In this document: one piece after another, positions 26,866-43,926 of the stretch
How the letters are laid out: every line of letters begins with the position of its first letter
How positions within the stretch are numbered: position 1 is the first letter of the stretch
DNA from: Adineta vaga
Lineage: Eukaryota > Animalia > Rotifera
Direction of reading: 5' to 3'
Length of the DNA stretch: 64,000 nucleotides
Assembly (NCBI GenBank): GCA_021613535.1
Contig: CP075493.1
Span: 7,068,001-7,132,000, forward strand
Notes under the pieces: model-generated
The model's input: the letters and a program-made list of their open reading frames with translations, nothing else
Database searches by the model: none
Told to the model about the DNA's origin: nothing
Program-made: the position numbers and the translations under genes

Positions 26866-29800
26866 TCAAGTTGAAGATTCATTGCCTGATAATGATTCTA
26901 AAAGAGAAAATAAATTGATAGTTTTTTGTGTAAAAGTAGAAAACTGATGTCGAAAAAAAAACAAACCAGTTTTCATTTGATGTTCAGGTGTAGACCATAT
27001 TCGAACTGTAGCATCATCAGATGCTGATGCAAAAAGTAGTGGTAATGTTGGATGCCATGAAACACAATTTACAGTACGTGAATGACCTGAAAATACCATA
27101 ATAGGACGTTCTTGTCGACGATGCCATAGATAAACTTTGGAATCTATTTTGAAAATGAAAAAGAAAACGTTATCACAATCAATATAATAATAGAATGGTG
27201 TTGATACTAACCTTCACTACCACTGGCAATAAATTCTTCATTAGGACCACCGAATGTGGCATGATTAACATAATGACCTTGCGTTACACCTTGATATTTA
27301 CGTACTAATTGTTTATCATGTAAATCCCAAAGATGAACACCCTACACAAATTTTCTATTTAGTTGAGAGAGTTTATACATTTCGAATTATTACCTGTGTA
27401 GCAATATTTAGAAGTCCTAATCGACCATCTTTACTAACAGTAAATGACATAATAGGATGATCTTCATGAATTCTAAAGACAACATAGACAAGAATATTAA
27501 TTTTTTGTACATTAAATTAATTATCAAGAGACATACATTTGTTGATCGGTTAAACTATCAAATTTATAAGAACTAATACGTTTTTGTGCATCAGCTGCTA
27601 AAATAAGTCCATCACTAGTGACATGTAAACACTGTAAGCGAACACCTTCCCAACTATCAATAACATTTCCATCAATATCCTAAAAGAGAAAAAATTCATT
27701 TCTCTTTCTATTCGCTAACTTTCCTTTTCTACGTACACAATAATAGAATTGTCCACGTGATCCTCCACAGACAAATCTTTGTCCACATGGTAACCAAGCA
27801 GCACAAGTTAGACTATCTTCTGATGAATGATTCATACGTGCACGTTGTTCTTCTTGCTAAATAGACGACATAACAAATGAACTTTTTCAATTCAATTCAT
27901 TCTATTTCAAATTTACTTCAACATCCCAAATCCATATTTCATTACATTCATCTGTTCCACATGCAATAATATATCGACTAAATGGACACCAAGCAATACA
28001 ACCAATTCCAAAGGAATGTCCTTCGAACTGTTTACGTATTTTCATTTTATATGTTTGCTAAAAAAATATTTCATATAGAAGAATGAAAATAAACGTTTTT
28101 TCTTTCTAAGCTTGCTCTTCTTACCATATCAACATCATAAATATGTAAACATCCATCTTTTGAACCCGTAGCAAGTTTAGTACCATCAGGAGAAAATTTA
28201 CAAAACCATACTTCATCTGAATGATCTGTTAATGTTTGTATTGTAACACAGGGAAATGTTTGTCTAAAGAAAAATTTTAGATCGATAGTCGTAAAGATTA
28301 ATGTAATGATCAGATCAACGAGAGGTTTTTGACTTTGATGAATTTCTGACATATAAATTGATCTGCTGTATTTATCCAAAATCTCATCATCATCATCATT
28401 TAGTCTCGTATAGACATGCTGATTAGTAAACTACATATGAAGTTCTTTGTATCATTATACTCTTTCAACTTCATATCAATGCATATGATACACTTAAGGA
28501 TGTGTGGTTATATTTTACCAAACACCGCGAAAGTGTAGTCAGTGGATACTGGCACTCATTGTTACAAAATGTGCTTAGAAGTGCAATTGTTACAGTAAAT
28601 ATAATTGTAGGTGCTAGTATTTACACCAACACTGCACATCTATAGATTATTACCACTTTCAATCGTCGAAAAATCCAAACTGGTTTCATCTCTAATCTAT
28701 CAGGAATAGATACAATTATTTAAATGTAAATACATCTTCATTTAGGAACAATAAATATGTACTCGATGAGAGATGAGATAACGTTTAAATAAGAAGGAAT
28801 TCTATTAGTTAATATTACATACTTAGTACATGCATGGTCTTTGAGTAGGGATACATCATCCAATGTCAATTTGCCTGGTTTAACATGATATGTACATCGT
28901 TCTTGTTGTAATTCAATAGCTTGAGATAAAAGTGTTTCAAGTCTTTTCGGAGGTAACATGATATCAGGTGGAAGATATTCTAAATAGAGGCAATTCAATT
29001 TGATAAAATAAAATACAAAGATTTCTGTATACTTTGTAATTTTTCCATGAGATATTGTCTCGATGCAAAACCTTTGCCACTCCAATTTGATGCTTTATAC
29101 ATATCTTTCATTGAATTAAACATTAGAAATCTAAATATAGTTTGTGAAAAGTGGTATTCAATTCATAGACAATATCATACGTAGTTAGTTCATGTGTTCG
29201 TTCAATACGAATTTTTAATCCTTGAATTTCATTTCGCAAACATTGAAGTGCATCCATGGCACGATTATCGTCAATTAATTCGAAATATTTTTGTTCTAAT
29301 ATTAAATATTTCATTTGCTAAAACAATCAAATAGTTTATACATGTATTATTATACTTAACTTACTTGAATTCCATCACGTTCTTCTATATATTGTTTCAG
29401 TTTTTCAAGTGCGACAAGAGCCTAGAAGAATGTAATAGAATTCATTTGTACAGGTACTTGAAAATAGAGTAGATCATATCTTCAACGAGGAGAACTCAAA
29501 ACTTCTGGTGCCCATTTCGAGTATATTATGCAGACTTTTTTTTCGTCCTGTATCGATAGATTTAACAACTCACTAACAAATAAATTTGTCAAATATTCTC
29601 GTTTTTATGATGACAATATGTGTGCAAAGAAAATTCAATGTTTACTTCTGTCCATTTTCCTGACATGATCAGTTCTCGAAAGTTGGATGCTTGTTCATGT
29701 TCTAATACACAACCACTTTCATGAATAAGAATATCAACTGTTTTACTGAAAATTTAAAAGAAAATTATTTAATTTTTTTCTTTGTTTTGTAAATTAATTT

Positions 29801-30378
29801 CGTTTCTTTTACTTTAATCCGATACTTTGTAAATGTTGACCAATAAGTTTTAAAACTTCTTTTTGACTATTTGTAAATATTCTTGAAAGATTTAAATTTC
29901 CATTATTTGATGGATAAGACGAACCAGTTAGAAGTGTTTGAGTTGATGATGATGTTAAACGATTACGTGTATGAGAATTATTTCCATTTGAAGAAGTTGT
30001 TTCATGTCCATTACTACTTGATACATTGGTATTTGAAACTGTTGTTGACGGCGGTGATGTCATTGTTGTAGATATTAAACCATTAAAATGTTGAGTTAAT
30101 CGCTGATTGTGTTGTTTAAGTCTGTCAGGATTATTTGTATCGAGAAGATCAGGTGTCAATGGAAGAGAAGAAGATGTTGCTGCTGCTGCTGCTCCTGTTG
30201 TAGTATCATTCGATGATGATTGTTGTTGACCAGATGTATTCATTGTATGCCGATGAGTGGAATCTTTCTTCCGAGTTGATCGAGTAGTTTTAGTAGTAGC
30301 AGTTGTCGTAGGATTCAAGCGAGCGCGCTTGGGTGGTGGACACCCGGCGACGTCTTCGTCCGAGCTTGATGAGGCCAG
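26866..30378 (-). CDS. WDR26: WDR26 (LisH/CTLH + WD40; CTLH/GID E3 subunit). First in-frame AUG at 30243; probable CUG start at 30378
   Basis: [15 protein letters not shown] (LisH), [14 protein letters not shown] (CTLH), [62 protein letters not shown]...[12 protein letters not shown]. Multi-exon. Confidence 0.92.
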
Positions 30379-30410
30379 TATTGCGAGGAGGATAACGAAG
30401 AATGACTCAT
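30315..30410 (-). promoter_or_regulatory. 31-aa out-of-frame uORF overlapping the WDR26 N-terminal extension
   Basis: ATG 30410 reads [34 protein letters not shown] at 30315; different frame from WDR26. Confidence 0.5.
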
Positions 30411-31319
30411 ACGGAAACAGTTAGAAGACGAAAACTTGGCGACGGCGTGACACAGAGAGATGAAGAGAGAGAAAGAGAGACGAAAAAAAAGAGAGAAAAC
30501 AAACGCACGTCGAAATCGAATAAAATCAATCGAAATATACGTATAAATATACGAAACGTCGTATGAAAATCTTTGAAGTTCGTTGTATAGTAAGAAAATC
30601 AAGGTCCAATTATAGATATGAATGAAATATCTAAAGAAAATAAAATCAAGGTTTTCATTTGATAAATTTTCTATCTTTAGACAAAAAAAATGTATATCAT
30701 AGATTCTTCTTCTTCTTCTTCTCCTTCTCCTTTCGAACAATAAACAGCTGATGAGCCATCGATCACTCGTGATTCAATGAACAAGCAAACGATGTTGATT
30801 TAATGAAAAATTTACTGTGGATTTTTTTTCTTTTCAATAAATTCCATTCATAAATGATTTTTTTCGGAAAATTTCTTATTTTTAATCAGAAAATAATAAC
30901 AATAATAAATAAAACGGCGGTCAATGATACATTTTTTCAATGGTTAAAAATTTTCTCCAACCATACACAAAGTATATGTGAGAATAGGATAGACTATTGA
31001 ATAGTTGTATTCTATGTGCCGCCATCTGCGTATAAATGACAGAGAAATTTCTTTGTCTGTTCAACAAAGATTCATATGATCGATAGAAATAAACGAAATC
31101 GTCTACAAATTCGTTCACTGTATACAGTACATCGAATATTTTGAAGAAAAATACTCTTTGATAATCAGATATTTCATTGAAAGTGACACATTCGATTGTC
31201 ATTTGTATGAAAAAGATCAATAAACACACATACATACATTCGTATTCGATATTATATACTTCTTAATCATATTGATAAATGAATAAAAGAGATCGAATTT
31301 CATTACGATCTATCATTAA

Positions 31320-34380
<3,061 letters not shown>

Positions 34381-34864
34381 TATACTTTCGTACTTAATCT
34401 TTAATAATAATCAGTTTTGTATATATATATATATGTGAAATCAATCAATGGAAATTAAGTTGTATCTAAAGAACACACTTGATGTTATTTATTTTCTGAT
34501 GTCTTATTCTTAACAATATAATATATACATATATATACTCCCGCTAGTATGCAGCTGAATATATTCAGTCTTATTTCAATGTTTTTTTTTAAAGTTTTGT
34601 CAGTATGTTGACAAATATTACGAGAAATGTTTCCATATTGATACTGTTATCAAATTTTATTAAGCTGTAAGAATAATATGTCTTCTTCATTGTTCTTCGG
34701 ACATTGCTCTTAGCGACATCTGGACAATAGAAGAAAGCAATCCTTTGTTTGGATATTTTCTCTCGATTGGAGGGAAAATATTCCTATTTCAAACGGTCTG
34801 TGCGCGAATAACTTTTATCATACCGGTTTCTTTTCCAGATCAACAACTGCTCCCTTTTTTACCG

Positions 34865-37240
34865 ATGACCATTGAAAAAAGCAAACTTCAAGTAAATTTT
34901 GAATTCTCTTTGACAAATTTTACGTTTTCTTTCGATTTAGCTTCCATCAATAAAAGATTTTCATTTTCTAAAGACAATCAGTCGTGGTGGTTATGGGTTA
35001 GTTGATTCTATTTGTATATGTACGTAAAAATAATCCTTTGTTATTTAGCCGAGTTTATTTAGCCACAAAGAAAAGTGATGAAAATGAAACAAAATATGCA
35101 ATTAAAGTGATAAATAAACATGATATACGAAAGAAAAATTTAATTGATCAAAGTAATAAACTGAATATTTCATATTTATTCTTATATTTCTAATTTTTTC
35201 TTCGTCATAGTTCTTAATGAACGTGATGCATTAGCTACAATGCATAGTCAATTTGTTGTTCGTCTATTTTATTCATTACAAACAAAAGATGAGATATATT
35301 TAGTCATGGAATATATGATCGGAGGAGATCTCATGTCATTTTTATGTATAAAACAAATACTTGAACGACATGAAGCACAATTTTATGCTGCAGAAATCGC
35401 ACTTGCACTCGATTATTTACATCGAAAAGGTGTTATTCATAGGTAAAGATAACATATATCGCATTTTAATTTAACTTCCCTTTCTTTCTAAAGAGATTTA
35501 AAACCAGATAATGTTTTGATATCAACCACTGGACATATCAAATTGACTGATTTTGGTTTGTCGGAAATTCGAAATCGCCGAAGTATGTTGAATTTTATTC
35601 ATCGATATAATTATATGAATCGCAAAAACACTGCAAAATAAAATTTATATTATTCGATTTTCTTTTAGAAGTTTCTGTTGCGGATGTTATCGGTACACCA
35701 TCAGTATGTAAAGTACGTGTTTTTCGTACACCTGGCCAGATTATTTCGTTAACATCTGATTTCAGTTTTGTAAGTTTTTCTCCTCGAAATATATGATTGA
35801 TTGATTAATTCTTTAGTCATCAAGTGAATCAGATTCGGATCATTTACATATATCAACATCAGTTCATAGTAATCCAGCTAGTACAACATCAAATGAAAAT
35901 ATTCAAATTAATAATAGTTTTCATCGTTCATTTTCTTCTTCGCGTATTGCTGATTGTAGTTTACGTGTCTATCGTCAACCTTTACCATTATGTATACCTG
36001 AAAATGAACCAATCTCATTTGGACATGATGACATCGATGAACATGAAGATGCTAGTTCGAGCAATATATCCGATTTTTTATTTTGTAGTCCTAAAGGACG
36101 ATCACCAACTACTTTACAAACAGTTAAACAACAACCACGTATTTATCCGAAAACAATTTCACGATTATTAGCATCATCGCCAGCTCACAAAGTCAATTTC
36201 GTCTTTTTCGTGGTATGGGACAAACTTTACATCCAACAACCACAAGTACATTAGCTGTACCAATCTCAGCTTCACCATGCTTATCACCTATACGATATTC
36301 ATTGGATATATCATCGATTAATCATATTCAAACGAATCATATCGATGATGAACCTATTGAAAGTCTACAACATCGTTCATTGCCAACAGATGATGGTTCA
36401 ATGAAGGTTGGTATCTGCAAATGATTACGCATTTTTTCTTTCATTCTAATCATTATTATTTAGTCGGTATGTCTGGCACAGAATTTTTCAACTGGTCGTA
36501 TTTTAACTGATGTATCCAATAATACTTCTATTCGAAGTAGTTTTCTTCGATCACCTATTCATCCAAATGTTTCAGGACCTGTTTTGGGTACACCAGATTA
36601 TCTCAGTATATATCTATTTCTCTCTTAATCTGTTCTTAAATCTATCAATCCATTTTCGTTTAGGTCCAGAGATTCTATTACAAGATGAAAATCACAGTAA
36701 GTTAAAATTTCAACTTTTCTAGTCACATGATAATTTCTATTTTGTTAAATAGCTCCTGCCGTTGATTTTTGGGCACTTGGCGTATGTCTATTTCAATTTC
36801 TAGTTGGTGTCACACCATTCTCTGACGAATCTCCACGTGCAATAACTTCCAATATTTTAAATTATCGTATTTCATGGCCAGAAGATGATGAAAACCAATT
36901 AGATGATGATGCTATCAGTGTTATCAAAGGTTTGCTTAGTTATGATCCTAGTTCGAGACTTCAGTTAGAAGGTAAGAACAACATTATTGATTGGTTGATG
37001 AATTTCTATTTGTATTATTTAGATTTGAAGAAAGAAGCATTTTTTAATACAATTGATTGGGAAAATCTTGCCAATGCACCTGTACCATTTATTCCCGTAC
37101 CTGATAATGATTCGGATACATTCTATTTTGAAGGTAAATAGTTTTTTTTGAAAATAACATGATTCAAAATTTCGTTTTCAGCTCGAAATCGAGCAATCGG
37201 CTTTGATGAAGAATCAGTCGATCACCTATCAATGCTGTGA
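34865..37240 (+). CDS. MASTL: Greatwall/MASTL kinase (apparent 1-nt frameshift near 36190)
   Basis: [56 protein letters not shown], the Greatwall-specific [11 protein letters not shown] followed by a long non-conserved insert, then [10 protein letters not shown] and the AGC tail [19 protein letters not shown]. Confidence 0.9.
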
Positions 37241-37622
37241 AATGGTTCATTACTGCAAAGGCTCGCAACAGTAGATTGTTATTATTAATATTATTTTGCT
37301 TAGAATGTCTATTATACGCGTGCATGTCTTCGACGCTTATTCTCACCGTCGTTCATCTTATTAATATAAAACATCTTTTTCTTCATTTCTTTTCTTGTTG
37401 TCTCTTTCTCTCTCTCTCTCTTTCACTTCCTCATTGGTTCTACTGTTTGTATATTGTACAATTGTATCTTAATTATGCTTGTATGTCTTTGTGGTAGTGT
37501 AGCTTAAATAACAAAATTTTGATTGAATAAAGAAAAATATACATGTAAACACGTTGCCTAATCAAAGGACGTGATTGTGAACATATGTAAGAGATTGATT
37601 CATGAATTATCCTTTTCTTTAT

Positions 37623-37702
37623 CTTGAAGCTGGTGTGGGTGTAGACTGAAGAGGCTATTCAGAACCGAAACCAAAATCGACACTCACGCTCACACCCTCA
37701 AG
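37623..37702. mobile_element. Short palindromic MITE-like element
   Basis: CTTGAAGCTGGTGTGGGTGT ... CACGCTCACACCCTCAAG imperfect terminal inverted repeats; related ends at 50418, 50866 and 51992. Confidence 0.5.
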
Positions 37703-37993
37703 ACAGAATGAGTTGACGTTGTCATGACTTGTTTCCGTAACAAAACTTTATAATTAGAGTAAATTATATGCGATCAACAGTCATTCTTTTGTTGCTTTTC
37801 TTTCTCTCTTACTTGCTGTACTGTTGGCATATTGTATAAGTGTATTTTAATTATACATGCATGTCTTTGCGATAGTTAAAGAAAAAAAAAAGACTTATAG
37901 TCAGAACTTGCCTTGGCATATATGACATGTCGTGTCGAGAAAGAACAATAGAAAGAAAAGAAGTTTGACAAACAAAATCAGTGTATAATTATA

Positions 37994-40900
37994 ATGGTGA
38001 CTGAAAGTAAGAAGTTTGCTTGTTATTTTAACTATTCAATAAAGAAAAATATTCGTAGATAAAGATAATGATACAGGTATAACAAAGGACATGAAAATTA
38101 ATGCAGATAGATTTTTGATGTTATGTGATAATGTACAAAATTGCTTTGCTCTAATTGATAATTCAATGTTTGAACTACTTGAAATGAAAGATCAATTTCT
38201 TCTGGAAAATCTTCCACGAAAGATTTTAGTACGAATAACATTGGTAGTATCACGATTCTATCGAGCATATACTCAATCACAACTACCTATCTATGAACTT
38301 ATTCATCTTATTCAATTGCAAAACAACTCATTCAATCAAAAATGTATTCTATTCAAAAGATTATACAATAGTCATGAAATGAAAAAACGAATGTTGAATA
38401 TTGCTTTACAAAAAATCGCATCGATTGAAAAAGATATACAACAATATCGTGAAGAGAACTCTATGAACAATTGGCAAAAAATGTTTGTTTTTCAATCTAT
38501 CTGTTTCTATCATTATCATTATATTATTTTAGGTATATTCGTCTTGCATTGCCACGATCGAATGTCCGAAAATGGAAATTTCGTCTACAGACATTTCGAG
38601 AAGTAAGAAATAAAATGACAGAACTTGTATTGTTATAGAATATTTCATTATTAGAAAGCCATACTTGGTTATGAACATGTAATTGAATGGTTTCATACAA
38701 CTGCATCACGATCGTCATCACCCTTGTCGGAAATTCTATGCTTAGAAGAATCAATTGATGAACAAGATCCCGATCAATTGGGAAATTCTGATGGAAGAGC
38801 AAGCAGTGTACAAGAAATCGAAGAACAAATTCCGCAAACTAATCATGTTTGTTAATATTAAAAACAATAAGCATATAAATTAAATATACTTTTCTTTAGG
38901 ATTCTGATCATAGTGAGGTGATTATCAGTGATAATGAAGGTAATCTTCATCGTAGTGCTGGAACCTATAAATCAGAACAAATTCAACCGCCATCACCAAT
39001 ATTCATGATCGATAATGAAGTACAAGTACAACCTGATTTCGAAGATCAACAAACATCTACTGAAGATAAGTTTTCAACAAAGTAAAACAAAAGAACAATA
39101 CATTGATTGTTAACAACAAGGTCATTGTTTTGTATTTGCTAGATCCATTATTATGCGCATTTATCGACCCATTGGAATCGTGCGAACAACATTTCAATGT
39201 ATTGTTCATGCATATGGACAAACATATACGACGAAAGAATGGAAATTGAATGTATTTATTGCTTTGTGATTATCAAATCGTAATTGAATTTTATTTTTCT
39301 CTAGAAAACCAACAGTTTACTAGATAATAATGTCAAAAAGAAATCACGATTCATTAATTCAAGTAAGTTTAATCACTAAAAATAATTTGTAAATGTAAGT
39401 TTTCATATGTTTAGCTTTCGAAGAAAATAAAGATATTGATAAACAACAAAATGATGAAATTCTGATCTCGATGTCGAATATTTGTTCAAGAATAAAAAAA
39501 GATATTGCTTCGAATAATATTAGAATAGATGTTTTCGGTGATAAGAAGCTTTTTGGATTTGTTAAATTAACATCTGAAGATTTACAAATATTTGTAAGAT
39601 TTAATAAAGTAACAGATTTTAAATAAAAATCTATGTTTTTGTAGGATTTACCTGTTTTGAATAGTCAAATTTCATCTCCACTGATTGACATGAATAGTAA
39701 TATTTCGAAAAAAAGTATCCGATTTGATCTGGATCAAACATCGAGCGAACTTTATTATACATATCTAAGTCATACACCACAAATATTTACTATTTATGAT
39801 GATAAACATGAACCTATGGGTGAATTACCATTACTCATGTTTTGGTATAATAAATTCGGAAACATGCAGGCAACTAAATCCACAAGTATAGTTATGATGG
39901 TCACAAACATGGATATATGCATCTGTTTTTCTCCGTAGTGACAGTTCCAGTTGTGGAAAATGAAGCAAGACAAACGACTGAAGTCAAATATTCAAAACCA
40001 ATTAGTAATACTCGTATTGAAACTGTGAAAATTGCATATGAAAATGAAATCATTCAAATTCACGAAAGTTATCAGTGCGTATTTTCCAACTTTTCAATTC
40101 TAAAATCGTTCACTTCGTTTCTTTATGTATCGATAGAGCAGAGATTCAACGATTAACAGAACTTCTTCATAATAAACTATCGCGTCAATCCAGTCAAATG
40201 ATAGATTCTGCAGAAGTTGATGAAAAAATATTGGAAACACATCAAGAAGGTGTGTCAAATATTTACATACGGTAAAGAAAATCATAAATAAATATAAAAT
40301 AATTATTGCTAACCCTAGACGACAATTGCCAAGACATAAAATGTCCGGAAAACAGTATCATCATGTACAAACTTCTCGACAGAATTCTTTAGATAATGTA
40401 AGTTTTTCAAAAGTACATCGAATTTTAAATGACTTATCCATAGTGTATTCTTCAATAATAGTCAATAGAAATTCATTGAACTTGATATACTTTAAAAGAT
40501 TTTCAATTGCATTCGGTACATATATCTGTAATGCAAAAGAACGTAAACTTTAATAAATAATGAAACTGTCAATAATACAAACACTTTCATATATTTAGTT
40601 TATTCAATCATTCAGGTACTGTACTTTTAGCGAGAACAGCGAAATATAATAGAAAAGAAAGGGCTTCATTTCTTGAGGCAATGTAATTTTTTCTTTTTCA
40701 TTTCATAAGAATAATGACAAAGCTAAAAGAATCACCTGATCGGTTTTTAATAATATCAGAAACCCTAGATTATTTGTTTTGCTCAGTTTCTTGATCGTAA
40801 TCAAATATATTCACGACAACGTTCAATACATCGTCATCAATTAATTTCTAAAGTATCACGAGAAACTTCTTCAATTAATGAACGCCAAATGGAAATTCAA

Positions 40901-41344
40901 CATCGTTTATACAAGTCACAGGAAAAGAATGCATTTGATGGTAAAATATAAACTAAATAGATTCGTTATTTTCTATATTTTAATGACTGTTCTTCTAGAT
41001 TTATGTTTACCTGGTGTATTTATGCCCTTACATTCTAATCATGTTTACAATCCGCGAGCTTATCAATATTTTCATTCTATTGGTAAATAGAAATAAAGTG
41101 CTTCATTGTACATTTATCTTATAAAATAAATCTATAGGTACAAGAAATCCACGATTAACGCAACCTCCGTCAATTTTCAAATTTCCAGCAGTTCCATCTG
41201 GATCCGTGAGTTTTTTCTTTACTTTCCTATAAAAATATTTCTCTTTCCTCGTATTGTATTTGATAGCTCTCTGTATTGAATCTATTCGAGTTAACACGAA
41301 GTCAGAAGATGAATGATGGAACAGAACCTCCGCCGAATCAATAG
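37994..41344 (+). CDS. Multi-exon coiled-coil protein, possibly FAM186-like
   Basis: Chain of short exons with GT-AG introns. The C-terminal motif CLPGVFMPLHSNHVYNPRAYQYFHSIGTRNPRLTQPPSIF recalls invertebrate FAM186-like proteins (from memory). Start uncertain. Confidence 0.55.
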
Positions 41345-41438
41345 ACAATATGATATTTTACAATTGAAATATTAAATGAACTCAATAGTTTCTTTTTTAT
41401 GTTTGTTTAAAACTGTATTTATATATACAAAAAAAAGT

Positions 41439-43926
41439 TCATTCTTCAGGAAAGCGAAATTTGTTCATACTTCGTATGATACTGTCTGATGCTTTTGATG
41501 TTGACAAAGGTACATCACGGTCCGATGTCAATACATTTTGAAGTGCTGTAGAAAATGATGGTCGTCTCCTTGGCACATCGTATACATCATCATAAGTTGG
41601 TCGTTTCGGTTTTCGATTTGGAAGAGTCTAGGGAAAAAATGGAACCCAAAAGTAGATTTTAAAATGTGACTTACAAGAGGAGCAGCCGTGCGTATTGGAC
41701 GTGCAACTGGTGATCGACGTCGAGGCGGTGTTGGTGCTCGACGTCGTGGTGGCGTCGGTGTTCGGCGGCGTGGTGGTGGAGATGGTGTTGGCGTACGACG
41801 TCGTGGTGGTGGTTGTGGAGAGGGTTTTCGTGTTGGGGCAGGATTGTCTTGCACTTTTGTTAGAGTAGGATAGGTAGTAATTGGTGCTGGTGCAGGTGAA
41901 TCGTCTTTTTTGACAATCTCATGAACTGATGGTGACCGGCTGATAGTGTCAACTACAGGTTGTAAATGGTACATCTCGGGGCCTGTTCTGAGTGACTTTA
42001 CAGAGAGCATTGGCGAAACTCGATTTTTGCCAGAAGGTATTCTTGGAGTCGATGGTTTTGATGTTTCCACTTGAGGTTCAGTTGGCTCATCAAATTTTAT
42101 ATAATATAATTCGGGTTTCTCAAGTGGTGGTGAACTAGGTTTACTAATTGGTGCCACAGGTAGTGGAGACGTTCTTTTAGGTGTTGGAGGTTGATCTACG
42201 TGGTGGTTCTTCAAGAGTTAGTGGAGTATTACTTACATCAGCTTTTAAATAATATAATTCGGGTCCATCTCGAGATGGTGGACGAGATGCTTCGGCTGGA
42301 AGTGGTGATGGCTTTTTAGCAGATGATAAAGGTGAATGATATGGTTGTTCAATAGGAATAGGTGCGTCGTCGACACGCATATGATATAATTCTGGTCCAT
42401 TATGAGGTGGTGTGTTTGATTTCGGCATAAATTGTAAAGGTGTTGGAGAGATTGTTTGAATTGGTGGAGGAGGTGATCTGTATGGTTGTTCAACATATTT
42501 GGGTTCTTCAGGAGTGGGTGGACGATTTGATAATTCCTTATTTAGATGATATAATTCTGGTCCAAGATGAGACGGTGGTGGTTGAGAAGCCATAAGTTTA
42601 GCTGATGATGGTGGTGGTAGTGGAGATTTATATGATGATTCCACACGTTTTGGTTCTTCAGAGACTAATGGATATTGAGTCTCCTCCTTCTTCAAGTGAT
42701 ACAATTCAGGTCCCATAAGAACTGGTGGATGAAATACATTTACAGGTATCGAAGGTGGTGGAGTAGATTGTTTAGCTGATGTTGGTGGTGGTGGTGGAGA
42801 TTTATATGATGATTCCACACGTTTTGGTTCTTCAGAGACTAATGGATATTGAGTCTCCTCCTTGTTCAAATGATACAATTCAGGTCCCATAGGAACTGGT
42901 GGATGAAATACATTTACAGGTATCGAAGGTGGTGGTGTAGATTGTTTAGCTGATGTTGGTGGTGGTGGTGAAGTTTTATATGATGGTTCTTCATGGACCG
43001 GTTGCTTATAGATTTCGTTTCTGTTCAAATGATATAATTCAGGTCCATTAAATGGCGGTGGATGAAATGTATTGACGGGTAATGATGGTGGTCGAGCAGA
43101 TAAATTTTGTGATGGAAGAGGTGATTTGTACAGTTGTTCAACCGCACTGGTTGATGTTGAATCAGTGGACTATTAGTGTCTGTACGATTCAAATGATACA
43201 ATTCAGCTCCATCAAGAGACAACGGATAAGGTTCAGAAGCTACTGGCGGTGGCGGAACATACGACTGTTTAGTGGTGGTGGAGGCGTTCGATGAGATTTC
43301 ACTAAAGGTGGTGAAGGCGATTTATATGATTGTTGAACAATTGGTGTTGGTTCACGATGAACGAAATCATCATTTCCCAAGTGATATAATTCAGGCCCAT
43401 CGAGAGTCAAAGGTTGATATTTGGTAACTGGCGGTGACGGCGATGGATAAGAGTGAGTAACTGGTGGTGAAGGTAGCGGAGTCGATTTTCTCATTGGTGG
43501 TGATGATGTTCGAGTAGATTTGGTGAATGGCGGAGGCGGTGAATATGCCTTCCGAACTGGCGGTGTAAGTGGTTTATATGGTGGAACAGCACGTCTAGGT
43601 TCGTAACGAAGTGGTTTATAATAAATTTTTCTTGCCGTTGGTTTTGTAGTTCTTACAGAAACTGGTAAGTGATATAGTCCTGGTGATTCATGTGGTATCA
43701 GATCATCACTATGTGCAGATGGTGTTGGTGATTTATGCGGTTGTTTATTATAGATTGGACCATTCTTTTTCGTATCGGGTACATAGTATACTTCAGTTCT
43801 TTGCTTGAAAGAATTGTTCGTTGGTTTTCTTGAAGGCTGATTATAAGTAAGAAGTTTTGATGATTGCCGAAAACTAGGATTCTTTCGATTATGCACTGCT
43901 GGTTGTAATACGAACAATTCAGGCAT
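41439..43926 (-). CDS. Proline-rich protein with ~12 GPELYHL-type repeats (three apparent frameshifts, one intron near the 3' end)
   Basis: ORFs 43926-43240, 43222-43025, 43028-42177 and 42214-41528 share the repeated motif and join across short homopolymers. Intron ~41673-41628 leads to a last exon ...KFRFPEE* ending at 41439. Confidence 0.7.
42621..42966 (-). repeat. Near-perfect 174-bp (58-codon) tandem duplication
   Basis: TGGAGATTTATATGATGATTCCACACG... starts at both 42621 and 42795. Confidence 0.9.

Noticed and set aside
28494-28642. Possible further palindromic element in a WDR26 intron
   Set aside because: Similarity to the MITE-like ends is too weak to support
34865-37240. MASTL as a pseudogene
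   Set aside because: All kinase motifs and splice sites are intact; the single break is at an A run
37490-37510. tRNA-like start GGTAGTGTAGCTTAA
   Set aside because: No T-loop (GTTCRA) or cloverleaf follows
41688-41873. Arg/Gly-rich ORF on the + strand (RRRGG repeats)
   Set aside because: Antisense shadow of the PPRRRTPTP repeats of the minus-strand gene
42177-43400. Repeats as a CRISPR-like array
   Set aside because: Repeats are in-frame coding units in a eukaryotic gene, and there are no cas genes
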